Positions 37,904 to 47,448 of a stretch of 64,000 bases of DNA are shown one piece after another. Below the pieces are notes generated by a model. The model made no database searches and had not been told where the DNA came from. It was given only the letters and a program-made list of their open reading frames with translations. The stretch's first letter is position 1. Each line of letters opens with the position of its first letter. The translations under genes were made by a program, and so were the position numbers. Source of the DNA: a virus; IMG/VR virus record IMGVR_UViG_3300021599_002733. One strand, given 5' to 3'.

Positions 37904-38950
37904 CTAATAGTCTATTTGATCTTCATTTTCTTTTTTAAGTTTATTTAATTTTTCTTGAAGTGGTTTAACTGCAGCCTCTGTTCGTTTTCCTATAGCCCCT
38001 GATTTTTTGATTCTTTGTATTTCTTTTTCAAGATGTTTTATTTCGTCTTCGTTTTTTGAGGAAGGTTTTGATTCGATTTTTTTTTGTTTTGGTGTGGGTG
38101 GTTTTGGAATAATTGGTTCAACTTTTGGTTCCCCATACATACTCATTACTGGTTTTAGGTTAGCGAACGCTTGGTTTGTAGCTATAACAAGTACAATTGC
38201 TAATGGATCAAACACAAATATAATTAACAGGATAAATATATTAGCTATTTGTTTTATAGGTTTACCTGTAATTTCGCTTACATATTTTACCGCCCCGAGT
38301 TCATTACCCAACTCAGCTTTAGATTGCATATCTAGAATTTGTATTTCAATATTGGTTAAACTATCGTTTAATACCTCTATTTTTTTAGATATTGCATTTT
38401 TATTTTCTGTAGCTGTATTTAATTGGGATTCGAATGCTTTTCTATTTCCGTTATTGGCTTTGGTAATGAGTTGGCCTGTTTTTTGATCCACTGTTTGTGT
38501 TGTAGTGTTTGAAGATAAAGCGTTTCGTAAATTGGATATATCTTTGTCTAGAGTTTGTTTTTCAACGGTCAACTCATTTTTAATTTCCTCAAAGCGTTTC
38601 TTTTTAACCTCTATATTGGCTATTCTTTTATCTCCGATTTCCATTTTGGAAATATTTTCTTGAAAGCCTGTGGTTAATAAACCATAGATACCTAACGAGG
38701 TAATAAAGGATAAAACAACAAGCGCAACAGTCAAATATATTTTTAATGTTACGTATGTTTTTTTCCACTGGTCATGTAGGTAGGTTGCAATGGCTATTTT
38801 GGATATTTCCAAAAACGAACCCATTACTATAACAGGTATAGCTACACTAGCAAACAATATGGAAAGACCCATTACACTATAATAGGCTGCGGTGAGAGAT
38901 AAACCAACCGCACAAAACAAGATAAAATATGGTAAAAGTTTTTCTTTCAC
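37904..38950 (-). CDS. multi-pass membrane protein with coiled coil
   Basis: 3 N-terminal TMs (AAYYSV.GL, LEISK, TSLGIYG.L), coiled coil, IIFVFDPLA TM. Confidence 0.7.
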   Translation of the reverse strand: MKEKLLPYFILFCAVGLSLTAAYYSVMGLSILFASVAIPVIVMGSFLEISKIAIATYLHDQWKKTYVTLKIYLTVALVVLSFITSLGIYGLLTTGFQENISKMEIGDKRIANIEVKKKRFEEIKNELTVEKQTLDKDISNLRNALSSNTTTQTVDQKTGQLITKANNGNRKAFESQLNTATENKNAISKKIEVLNDSLTNIEIQILDMQSKAELGNELGAVKYVSEITGKPIKQIANIFILLIIFVFDPLAIVLVIATNQAFANLKPVMSMYGEPKVEPIIPKPPTPKQKKIESKPSSKNEDEIKHLEKEIQRIKKSGAIGKRTEAAVKPLQEKLNKLKKENEDQIDY

Positions 38951-38954
38951 TGTA

Positions 38955-39095
38955 TTATCTTCCTTGTCCTCGATTTAACTTTTTGTAGTTTTTAGAGGAT
39001 TTCATTTTTGATGTTTTGGATTTTGCATGAATTCCAGGACGAGAAACCTTAGTTGTTTCCAAAACGTTAGAAGCATTTGCTTTAATTTTTGCCAT
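38955..39095 (-). CDS. small very basic protein ending RGQGR (46 aa; not in ORF track)
   Basis: MAKIKANASNVLETTKVSRPGIHAKSKTSKMKSSKNYKKLNRGQGR*. Confidence 0.7.
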   Translation of the reverse strand: MAKIKANASNVLETTKVSRPGIHAKSKTSKMKSSKNYKKLNRGQGR

Positions 39096-39096
39096 T

Positions 39097-39474
39097 TTAC
39101 ATTACAGTTATGTTTTGGGGATTTACAATAAATGATTTTACCCCATCAACGCGTTTAACACTTTTAATTATATCCATAACTTTTTCACGGCTAAATCCTC
39201 CAGATTTCATAAATGGATAACCGTCTATTTTTAAATTCAATATTACTCTTAAATTATCATTATTTTGAGAATATCCATCATTTTCATCCATATCAACTGT
39301 TGATACAATTGTTACCCCAGTTAATGATCGAATATCTGATAAGATTTCTTGTTGTGGACGAGTAGTGGTATTAGTGATAAGAATACCTTTGACTTTAAAT
39401 TTGTCAACGTATTCCTCGTTTAATACTTTGGATAGTTCCTCTTTAATTATATGTCTTAAGTTTTCTAATTTCAT
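39097..39474 (-). CDS. putative virion protein (LRHIIKEELSKVLNEE leader)
   Basis: Leader shared with 17503-18060; internal IRSLTGVT / VKRVDGVK repeat. Confidence 0.55.
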   Translation of the reverse strand: MKLENLRHIIKEELSKVLNEEYVDKFKVKGILITNTTTRPQQEILSDIRSLTGVTIVSTVDMDENDGYSQNNDNLRVILNLKIDGYPFMKSGGFSREKVMDIIKSVKRVDGVKSFIVNPQNITVM

Positions 39475-39935
39475 TATCTATATGATATATATGATGTGGA
39501 ACCATTCTTTTTTACAGCACGTAAAATTTGTTTACGTTGTCTTCCATTTGATTCGTATGAGACATGTACCCAATCTGGGTTTGAATCGGTTCCAAATTCC
39601 CAAATTAGTTGATCAAACTCTAAATTATCTTTAATGTAATTAAATATTTGAGCATTTGTTACGTTTGTTCCATCCATATCGATATCTGCTGCTTCACCTG
39701 AGCAGTGTTGGGAAGAAGAAGACCCTCCTACAGCTCTATTAAGGGCTGAAGATCTATAACCTGAGCTTAGGATTATAGAGCGAGAAAAATGTACACGGAT
39801 TGGTTCTAAAATTTTTTCACAAAGTAATTTTATGTTTGCTAAATGAGCATCCGTTGGCATATTACTTATACCCGCACGTTTTGCTGTTGAGCTTCTGGTA
39901 AATTCGGCTAGTTCAAAATGTTCGCTTAATTGCAT
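39474..39935 (-). CDS. peptidase M15 family endolysin (Zn D-Ala-D-Ala peptidase)
   Basis: SSGYRS..LN.AVGG...SQH..GEAAD, WVHVS. Confidence 0.9.
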   Translation of the reverse strand: MQLSEHFELAEFTRSSTAKRAGISNMPTDAHLANIKLLCEKILEPIRVHFSRSIILSSGYRSSALNRAVGGSSSSQHCSGEAADIDMDGTNVTNAQIFNYIKDNLEFDQLIWEFGTDSNPDWVHVSYESNGRQRKQILRAVKKNGSTSYISYR

Positions 39936-39940
39936 ATGTT

Positions 39941-40402
39941 CTATTTTGTAAAGTATAAATTTGCTTCTGCTTCTCTACGTCTAACTAAACCTTTTAGAGT
40001 TTTACCTCCAGCTTTTACCCATTTCATAAATTCAGCTCTAATGGTTTCGTCATTCGGATTTGCGTTTACTTTTTTAAGTAAAGTAGAAGACTTAAGGTTT
40101 GCAGGACCTAAATTATATGCAAAAGAAACCAAAGCATCAAATTGGTTTTGATTAACATCGTCTCTACAATATGAGTCTACGTATTTTTCAAATGACTCTA
40201 ACATATGACGTAGCAAATCTGTTGCATCCTGCTCAGTAATTGCTTTATCGGCCATAGTTACTTTTTTACCGTTTGGGTAAAATGTAGCACCATATCCAAT
40301 AGTTGGAACACCCGCTGGGCATTTGTAGGGTTTGCTTTTAAAACCTTCAAATGATTTGATTAGTTCAATTCCTTTTGGACCTGTTGAAGTTATTTTAGAC
40401 AT
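39941..40402 (-). CDS. lysozyme (GH24) endolysin
   Basis: IKSFEG...Y.CPAGVPTIGYG, FDALVSF.YNLG, GL.RRREAE. Confidence 0.93.
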   Translation of the reverse strand: MSKITSTGPKGIELIKSFEGFKSKPYKCPAGVPTIGYGATFYPNGKKVTMADKAITEQDATDLLRHMLESFEKYVDSYCRDDVNQNQFDALVSFAYNLGPANLKSSTLLKKVNANPNDETIRAEFMKWVKAGGKTLKGLVRRREAEANLYFTK

Positions 40403-40604
40403 CTTCCTTAAAGAAATTGGTTAAAAATTTTCCAACTACACCAATTGCAAATAATGTAATTCCAACCCATTTATATCCAGCTAAATCAGCAGGGATACCC
40501 ATTAAAGCTACACCTAAGAGTGCATCACCTAGTTGTCTCCATTTTTTTGGAGTAGGACTATAGTAATTTTTTTTCATTTTGGTTATGTGTTTTAACATAC
40601 TCAT
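40395..40604 (-). CDS. putative holin
   Basis: Small 2-TM protein directly upstream of lysozyme; PTPKKWR.LGD. Confidence 0.55.
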   Translation of the reverse strand: MSMLKHITKMKKNYYSPTPKKWRQLGDALLGVALMGIPADLAGYKWVGITLFAIGVVGKFLTNFFKEDV

Positions 40605-40645
40605 AACTTTAAAATTTTAGGTTTGTTATACATATTATAGATTGC

Positions 40646-42370
40646 TTAACCTTCACAAGCTACACAACTGTCATCTCGTTGAATAGCATCTCCTCTTAAA
40701 ATACTTTCTGAGCGCATGTAGTATAAGGTTTTGATGCCTTCTTTCCAGGCTAGTTTATGCACATCACTTATATATTTGGGTGAATCAGATGGATCAAACG
40801 TTAAATTTAACGAGATAGCTTGGTCTACATATTTTTGTCGAATACCATTTTGTCTAACGATTTCGTACGGGTTAATTTCTTTGAATGTTAAGAATATTTC
40901 TTTTTCCTCATCTGTTAAAATATAGTCAGGTAATCCCATAACAGAACCTTTATCACGAGCAATTTGTTCCCAAACACTATCAATATTATATCCTTTTGAA
41001 TCAAGTAGTCTTTCAAGGGTTGGGTTACGCTTAATAAATGTACCTTTTGCTGTTTTCAAATTGTATACATTTGCGGGAATAGGTTCAATTGAGGGTGATA
41101 CACCACCTGAAATATGAGCATTAGATACAGTAGGAGCTATTGCTAAATGGTGTGTGTGACGTAATCCTGTTCCTTTACACCATTCTGGTTCTCCGTATTC
41201 TTTAGCTTGATCACGTGATGCTTTTAGAGTTTCTTTTTCAATGAAATCAAACATCAAACGTGTGTAAGAATTTGCTTGTAAGCCGGCAAATGGGATATTT
41301 TTTTCTTGTAAAAATGTATGCCATCCCAATACTCCAATACCAATTGCTCTACCTTTTGTAGCTGAGCGGTATGTATTTTCCATGAAGCGGATATTTTTGG
41401 AGCGATCTATAAATTCTTGTAATACACCCTCTAAAAACCAACATGCTAACTCAGGCAATGTCATTCCATTTTCAAATGTATATTCTTTCCATTCATCCCA
41501 ACGTGCTAAATTCAATGAAGATAAACAGCAAATAAATGAATGTAATTCGTCTGTGTATAGTGCAATTTCAGAACAAATATTTGTCATGGAAACATGTAAA
41601 TTGTTCTTTTTATATGCTTCTGGGTTATTGTCGTTCACGTTATTTTCAAACATGATATAAGGTTCGCCGGTTTCTAAACGTGTTTTCAATATTTCACCCC
41701 ATAATTTGATTGATTTTGGATCTTTATTTTCAACTTTGTTCATAAATTCATCATCAACTACAATACATTGATGTAAATTTAAACATTGACGGTTAATATC
41801 TCCTTTAGGACGTCGAATCATTAAAAATTCTTCAATGTCTGGGTGTGATATATGTAAGTTAACAGAAGAAGCACCACGTCTAACTGAACCTTGGTTTGTA
41901 GCTAAAATAGTTGAATCGTAAATTTTACACCATGGAACTACTCCTTCAGATACTCCATTTCCAGAAATTTCTTTACCTCTACCTCGGATTCGAGATACAC
42001 CAATTCCAACGCCTCCACCTTGTGAGGACAAACGCATTAGCTCAGCGTTTGTTAGAGCAATTCCCTCAATCGAGTCATCTGTGTCAATTCCAAAACATGA
42101 GATAGGCATACCACGTTCTGTTCCCATGTTTGAGAGAACAGGTGAAGCTAAACAGAGCCAATTTTTAACCATCGCCTCGTAAAAGAATGGTTGCAAATCT
42201 TTACGTTTTAAACGTTTAGCTGCTGCGCGAGAGACTCGTTTAAATGCTCCATAAACGTCTTCATCAGGTAATAAATAACCTTTAGAGATCATTGATAGAG
42301 AAATCTCGTTCATAAATTCTGGGTAGTGTTTGCCTTTAACCCATTTGCTTGTATCTACTTGTATGCTCAT
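40646..42370 (-). CDS. nrdA: ribonucleotide reductase class I alpha subunit (no ATP cone)
   Basis: ASPVLSN, ISCF, GGGVG, TNICSE, CCLSSLNL, IAPT, DQAIS.N, KTLYY, CVACEG. Confidence 0.95.
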   Translation of the reverse strand: MSIQVDTSKWVKGKHYPEFMNEISLSMISKGYLLPDEDVYGAFKRVSRAAAKRLKRKDLQPFFYEAMVKNWLCLASPVLSNMGTERGMPISCFGIDTDDSIEGIALTNAELMRLSSQGGGVGIGVSRIRGRGKEISGNGVSEGVVPWCKIYDSTILATNQGSVRRGASSVNLHISHPDIEEFLMIRRPKGDINRQCLNLHQCIVVDDEFMNKVENKDPKSIKLWGEILKTRLETGEPYIMFENNVNDNNPEAYKKNNLHVSMTNICSEIALYTDELHSFICCLSSLNLARWDEWKEYTFENGMTLPELACWFLEGVLQEFIDRSKNIRFMENTYRSATKGRAIGIGVLGWHTFLQEKNIPFAGLQANSYTRLMFDFIEKETLKASRDQAKEYGEPEWCKGTGLRHTHHLAIAPTVSNAHISGGVSPSIEPIPANVYNLKTAKGTFIKRNPTLERLLDSKGYNIDSVWEQIARDKGSVMGLPDYILTDEEKEIFLTFKEINPYEIVRQNGIRQKYVDQAISLNLTFDPSDSPKYISDVHKLAWKEGIKTLYYMRSESILRGDAIQRDDSCVACEG

Positions 42371-42513
42371 TTATTTTGTTTTGCTTTTATTAGTTCAATT
42401 AGATTTTCTAAAGTTAATATATTTTCAACTTCTTCATCCTTTATTTCAATATTATATTTAGATTCAATAAGTTGGAGAATCTCAATTTTATATATTATAT
42501 TTTCTTCTCCCAT
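42367..42513 (-). CDS. acyl-carrier-protein-like mini protein (48 aa; not in ORF track)
   Basis: IEILQLIESKYNIEIKDEEVENILTLENLIELI matches ACP helices II-IV; no DSL serine. Confidence 0.6.
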   Translation of the reverse strand: MGEENIIYKIEILQLIESKYNIEIKDEEVENILTLENLIELIKAKQNK

Positions 42514-42956
42514 ATGAATATATCTGAGTCTATTAATTCTGCTTTGTTTGTATTTTTAAAGTCAGGGAAATGTTTAGTTAAATAATAATCATAAAGTTTA
42601 ATCCTAGTATTACCATCAGCCCCATATTCAAATTGTTGGATGTTATGTTTATCTACCCAATATCTAATTAACCCAAAAATAGCAGCTAAAATTCTAGATG
42701 AATATGGAGAGTTTAATAATTGAGTTAAATTTAAATTTTCATATTTTTCATCAGAACTACCAAAATTTATAGATGGTCTTTTAGGATTAAATAAAGGAAG
42801 AATTGATAAAATATAATATTGATCTTTATATTTTAATTCAACTCTAAAACGTGTAGGAGAATCTCTATCAATTCTGTATTCAATATCTTTAGAACCTAAT
42901 TCTTCGGGAGAATATATATCAATTATTTCGTTTAATAAGTCTGTTAATTTTATCAT
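42495..42956 (-). CDS. accessory protein with MIKLTDLLNEI leader
   Basis: Leader shared with 19047 and 33368 genes; RIKLY paralogue motif. Confidence 0.55.
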   Translation of the reverse strand: MIKLTDLLNEIIDIYSPEELGSKDIEYRIDRDSPTRFRVELKYKDQYYILSILPLFNPKRPSINFGSSDEKYENLNLTQLLNSPYSSRILAAIFGLIRYWVDKHNIQQFEYGADGNTRIKLYDYYLTKHFPDFKNTNKAELIDSDIFIWEKKI

Positions 42957-42965
42957 AATGATGTT

Positions 42966-43916
42966 CTATAAATCGCTCCAATCAGCGGTGGATTTTGAAT
43001 AATCGGTTACTCTATTTGCAAAAAAATCTTGATGTGTTTTACCACTTGTTAAATGTCCGAACCATTCTATTTGTTTTAAGAGGTTTGGATCAATATCATT
43101 ATAGATAGCTGAATATCCAAGTTCTATTAGTTTTTGGTTTGCTCGTTCTTTGATGAAATTTTTGAGTTGGTCTTTGTTTAGTCCTTCAATATCACCCATT
43201 TCAAATGCTCTATCTATAAAGTCAAACTCTAATTTTACAGACAAATCACATGCCTCAAAAATTGCTTGAGTTAGTTCTTTTGTATCTAGTTCTGGGTTTT
43301 CCTCTAGTAGTGTCCTATATAACCAACATCCTGCTTTTGAATGTAAAGATTCGTCACGTACAGACCACTCTACAATCTGGCCGGTTCCTTTCATTAAGTT
43401 ACGCAATTGGAAAGACATTAAGATAGCGAATGATGAGAATAAATTTACACCTTCTGTAAACGCTGAGAATATAGCTAGTGAAAGTGCTTTCTCATGTAGT
43501 GTTTCTCCAGGTAGTTCAACTAGGCGATCGATTTTGGCTTTTGCTTCTTCATCTTCCATGAATGCCTCAAAATCATCTAATCCAAGTTCCTCGTTTAAGC
43601 GAGCATAAGCCTCAGCATGTATCGATTCAAAATCAGCGAATGCACACGCCATAGCTTTAATTTCGTGTTTAGGAAACCATACTGCCACTTTTGTTGCCCA
43701 ATAATCGTTTACATACGTTTCTGTTTGAGCGAATGACTTTAAAATGTTTCCAATTAGATTTTTTTCACTTTCGGTTAATTTAAGTTTCCAATCATTCAAA
43801 TCAGATGATAAAGGTACCTCGTCTGCTAGCCAATGAGCTCTGTGTTGGTCTTTGTAAAATTCAAATGCAATTTGGTATTCAAATGGTTTGTAATGTGGGC
43901 GTAGTTCTGTAATCAT
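42966..43916 (-). CDS. nrdB: ribonucleotide reductase class I beta subunit
   Basis: W...EV, ESIHAEAY (radical Tyr), EGVNLFSSF, RDESLH, DFF..RVT.Y. Confidence 0.95.
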   Translation of the reverse strand: MITELRPHYKPFEYQIAFEFYKDQHRAHWLADEVPLSSDLNDWKLKLTESEKNLIGNILKSFAQTETYVNDYWATKVAVWFPKHEIKAMACAFADFESIHAEAYARLNEELGLDDFEAFMEDEEAKAKIDRLVELPGETLHEKALSLAIFSAFTEGVNLFSSFAILMSFQLRNLMKGTGQIVEWSVRDESLHSKAGCWLYRTLLEENPELDTKELTQAIFEACDLSVKLEFDFIDRAFEMGDIEGLNKDQLKNFIKERANQKLIELGYSAIYNDIDPNLLKQIEWFGHLTSGKTHQDFFANRVTDYSKSTADWSDL

Positions 43917-45268
43917 GTGTTTAATTCAAAAAATTTATGAGACAACATTCTTCTATCTAGGTCATCAAAATTGGTATTTTTAGATGGTGATTGCCTAGGT
44001 TCATCATCTGGGTCTGGGGTATCTGTAATTTCAAAATGCCCAGTGGAAGTATCAGCATTTAAATAAAAGGTAACTCCATCCATTCCATATCTGTTTTTCA
44101 TAACGTGAAATCTACCTGTGTTATTTACTTTATCTTCTTTTTTTCTTGAAAGTGATAGGGCAAAGTCTGTAATCATCATTTTGTCGTAACTACCGGCTGC
44201 TTTATCACCTTCAATAACATCATCTTTTGATCCTGCACGGTTAACTTGTGATACACTCCATATTGGGAGATTTAATTCACGAGCTAGACCCTTTGTGCTA
44301 GTATAAATATCATCTATTTCAAATTTACGATCTGTAGATTTGCGTTTTGATGAAAGAAGATCTACATAATCTATAATGATCAAATCTGGTTGGATTCCTA
44401 GCGAGATGATTTTTTTAATATGAGACTCTATTGTATTAATTGTTGCTTTTCCTGTTGGGAATTCTTTAATAATCAATTCACCTTGTAGTTGTGGCATTAC
44501 TTCTTCTACTTTATCTCGGTTTTCCAATATTTTGTTAACTGGGATGTGGGTAAAGAAAGCATCGTACCGTCTGCCAACATAATCTTCACCTAGTTCAAGA
44601 GTGTAATGTAAAACGTTATACCCCATTTGAACAGCATATCCGCCTAAAGCAACAAGTGACCAAGATTTACCACCTCCTGGGTTACCAAATATAAGGCCAA
44701 AATCTCCATTTCCAAGTCCACCTTGTAGCATTTCACTAATTTCAGGCCAAGGGGTTGGAACCGTATTTCGATTATCTTCTCTATACCTTGATTCAACATC
44801 TTTATTATATTCATGTCCTATATTTTTATCTTGTCCCGCTTTCATTGCATTTTCAATCATCATTTTGATTGAATCATAATCGCCAGCTTTTAATAGATCT
44901 ACACTACTTAATAGTGCTTTTTTTAGTTGTTGGTTTTTACAGAATGTAGAGAATTCTTCTTGTACATATTCTGTATCTTCTTCACTAGATTTATAAGCTT
45001 CTCTAAGTTGTTCTTTAACAGCAACTTGTAAAACCTCATTTGAGATTTTTTTCATCTCTGTTTTTAACACATCCATAGATGGATTGGTGTGATATTTTTC
45101 GTAATATCTAAGTATTTCTTTGATTATCCACTTATGAGCATCTTTCCCAAACACATCTGGGTCAAGTATATCGTTAATGTTTACAAGGAATTCCTTGTGG
45201 GTTAATAATGAAGAGATTACTTTGGTTTGGAACTGTGGTCCATATTCCTCGATTGAATGTAACGTCAT
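43913..45268 (-). CDS. replicative DNA helicase (DnaB / T4 gp41-like)
   Basis: GNPGGGKS, TLEL, IIDYVDLL, SQVNR, KNRYG. Confidence 0.93.
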   Translation of the reverse strand: MTLHSIEEYGPQFQTKVISSLLTHKEFLVNINDILDPDVFGKDAHKWIIKEILRYYEKYHTNPSMDVLKTEMKKISNEVLQVAVKEQLREAYKSSEEDTEYVQEEFSTFCKNQQLKKALLSSVDLLKAGDYDSIKMMIENAMKAGQDKNIGHEYNKDVESRYREDNRNTVPTPWPEISEMLQGGLGNGDFGLIFGNPGGGKSWSLVALGGYAVQMGYNVLHYTLELGEDYVGRRYDAFFTHIPVNKILENRDKVEEVMPQLQGELIIKEFPTGKATINTIESHIKKIISLGIQPDLIIIDYVDLLSSKRKSTDRKFEIDDIYTSTKGLARELNLPIWSVSQVNRAGSKDDVIEGDKAAGSYDKMMITDFALSLSRKKEDKVNNTGRFHVMKNRYGMDGVTFYLNADTSTGHFEITDTPDPDDEPRQSPSKNTNFDDLDRRMLSHKFFELNT

Positions 45269-45304
45269 TTGCTTATAACTTTTATTTGTAAATATAATAA
45301 TCCT

Positions 45305-46333
45305 TTATTTGGATGTCACTAGATTTTGAAAAATATCTTTAATCCAAAATTCTACATTTCGAATTAAACCACCTAGCTGGTCTTCATTATACATATTAAT
45401 GAATTCTTTGGCATGGAGTTCAAGTGGGAATGGTTTGATAAATTCAGCAATATATTCTTTATCATCATCAGTCATCATGGGATTGGATAAATCCATGATC
45501 TTGTATTTGTTTTCAAGCATTTCTATATCATGTAGTATTCTAGCATAAACTACATGCTCTTCCATTCTTTGTTCACTTAATTCTATTATATCATCAAATG
45601 ATAGATGTTCAGTAGTTAATTCAGGGAATTTTTTGAAGAGTGTTTTCGCGCCTAACCCTTTAATTCCCGGTAGAGCATCGGAAGCATCCCCAAGAAGTGT
45701 TTTCATTAAAATAAAATTGTGAGGATCTAAACCGAATTTTTCTTTGACAACAGACTCCGTGAAAAATTCCTTTTCAATTGGTCTATACACAATTACTTGC
45801 TTGCTTACCAACTGTAGGTAGTCTTTATCGCTCGAAACTATAAATACCTTTTCATCTTCTTTTTGAGGTAATACTGAGCTTAAATGGGCTATGATATCGT
45901 CTGCCTCTACTCTATCTAGCGAGATAACTTTAACAGGTAGTGTTTGAAGGTATTCTATAATTCGAACAATTTGGGAAACTTTTGCATCATCTTCCTCATC
46001 AATATTGTCAAACAATTCATGTTTGGTTACTCGAGTTAAATTACGGTTTGATTTATATTCGGGTATAATATTTTTACGATTGTTTGAGGAACCAACTCCA
46101 TCAAATACAACTATAATTTGTGTGGGTTGTATCTGACGGGTTAGTGCTCCTAAAGATCTAAAAAAACCACCTAAACCACCAACGTGGGCTCCGTTTGAAT
46201 TTACTGCGTTGATGATGGAAAAGTTTCGAAAGAATAAATTCAATCCATCAATCAGCATATATCTTTCAGGTTGAGGAGCCTCAACATTGTTCTCTTGGAC
46301 ATTGTCCAAAAGTTTTAATAGATCTTTTTTCAT
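45305..46333 (-). CDS. 5'-3' exonuclease / RNase H (FEN family)
   Basis: LIDGLN, VVFDG, YKSNR, EADD, SSDKD..QL, GDASD..PGIKGLG.KT. Confidence 0.93.
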   Translation of the reverse strand: MKKDLLKLLDNVQENNVEAPQPERYMLIDGLNLFFRNFSIINAVNSNGAHVGGLGGFFRSLGALTRQIQPTQIIVVFDGVGSSNNRKNIIPEYKSNRNLTRVTKHELFDNIDEEDDAKVSQIVRIIEYLQTLPVKVISLDRVEADDIIAHLSSVLPQKEDEKVFIVSSDKDYLQLVSKQVIVYRPIEKEFFTESVVKEKFGLDPHNFILMKTLLGDASDALPGIKGLGAKTLFKKFPELTTEHLSFDDIIELSEQRMEEHVVYARILHDIEMLENKYKIMDLSNPMMTDDDKEYIAEFIKPFPLELHAKEFINMYNEDQLGGLIRNVEFWIKDIFQNLVTSK

Positions 46334-46344
46334 ATAACTTTTAT

Positions 46345-47433
46345 TTATTGTAAATCTTCTGGTTCGAACATATCGGAGATATCTCCTTTTTCGTCCCATT
46401 CGGAGTTGTCTTCAATGACTTTGTATTCTCCTTTACCTAAAATGTCTGCCCACTCACTAGCGTGTGATTTTTTATACTTGTCTATAGCAGTTGGTGAATC
46501 TGGGATAAATCCATGGGCTGTGCTTACAATTGTTCCAGTGGTGGCAACTCCATTGATGTGGTTTTTATCACAAGCAATTTTGGTTCGCAATGCAAATTCT
46601 ACCTTCTTTTTATCTTTTGTAGCAGATAATTTTGAAGTACCAGCGTTTGTAACATTTCCAAAAGTCAAACACAATGAAGCATCATAGTAAAATGTATCTC
46701 CACCTTTGTTTGTCATTTTGGGTTGTGACATTGGAGTTAGAGCAGGAGCAACACCTACTTTATTCACAATAAACAAGGTATTCGTGTATTTTGAGCTTTC
46801 CTTACGAGACATTACAATCTGTTGATTAATAAAGTTTCCGAATTGAGTTGCAATGGCTCCTGCGTTCCACATTGGGTTATTTGAGCCCTTTTCAATACTC
46901 ATATCACATGCAATTGAACCCACTGAATCCCATACAAATAGTAAATCGTATGGTAGATTGCCTTTCTTTTGTTCTGTTAATAGATCAATGATAAAAGTAG
47001 CAATATCTTCAATTGAATTTAGAGTACTTCTATCCCTATAGATAAAGAATCCATTTTGATCAATTATTTCACCCGTTGATTCATCTACTACATCTTCGAT
47101 ATCGAATCCCATCATTTTCCAATGGTTCCAATCGTGTTTCATTTCTGTGATTATCAAAACAGGTAATACACCCATTTTTTGAGCATTTACTGCTGTTTCA
47201 ATAGTCATTGTGGATTTCCCAGTATTACTTTTCCCACGAACCATAGCAATATGGCCCATTGGAATTCCTGGGATAGACAATGCTTCTTGTAATGCTGCTG
47301 AGAAGGGGATCCATCTTTGTTCTTTGAATTTAACATTAGAGGATAAACCCTTATTTTCTTTAAATTTGTCTAAACTGAAGGCGGACTGGATTGCTTTTCC
47401 AGCCGCCATAGTTAGTGATTTTCTTCCGGCCAT
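46345..47433 (-). CDS. RecA/UvsX-like recombinase
   Basis: GIPMG, GKSNTGKST, VWDSVGS, KGG..., KNHING. Confidence 0.85.
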   Translation of the reverse strand: MAGRKSLTMAAGKAIQSAFSLDKFKENKGLSSNVKFKEQRWIPFSAALQEALSIPGIPMGHIAMVRGKSNTGKSTMTIETAVNAQKMGVLPVLIITEMKHDWNHWKMMGFDIEDVVDESTGEIIDQNGFFIYRDRSTLNSIEDIATFIIDLLTEQKKGNLPYDLLFVWDSVGSIACDMSIEKGSNNPMWNAGAIATQFGNFINQQIVMSRKESSKYTNTLFIVNKVGVAPALTPMSQPKMTNKGGDTFYYDASLCLTFGNVTNAGTSKLSATKDKKKVEFALRTKIACDKNHINGVATTGTIVSTAHGFIPDSPTAIDKYKKSHASEWADILGKGEYKVIEDNSEWDEKGDISDMFEPEDLQ

Positions 47434-47448
47434 AACTTATTTTTAATA

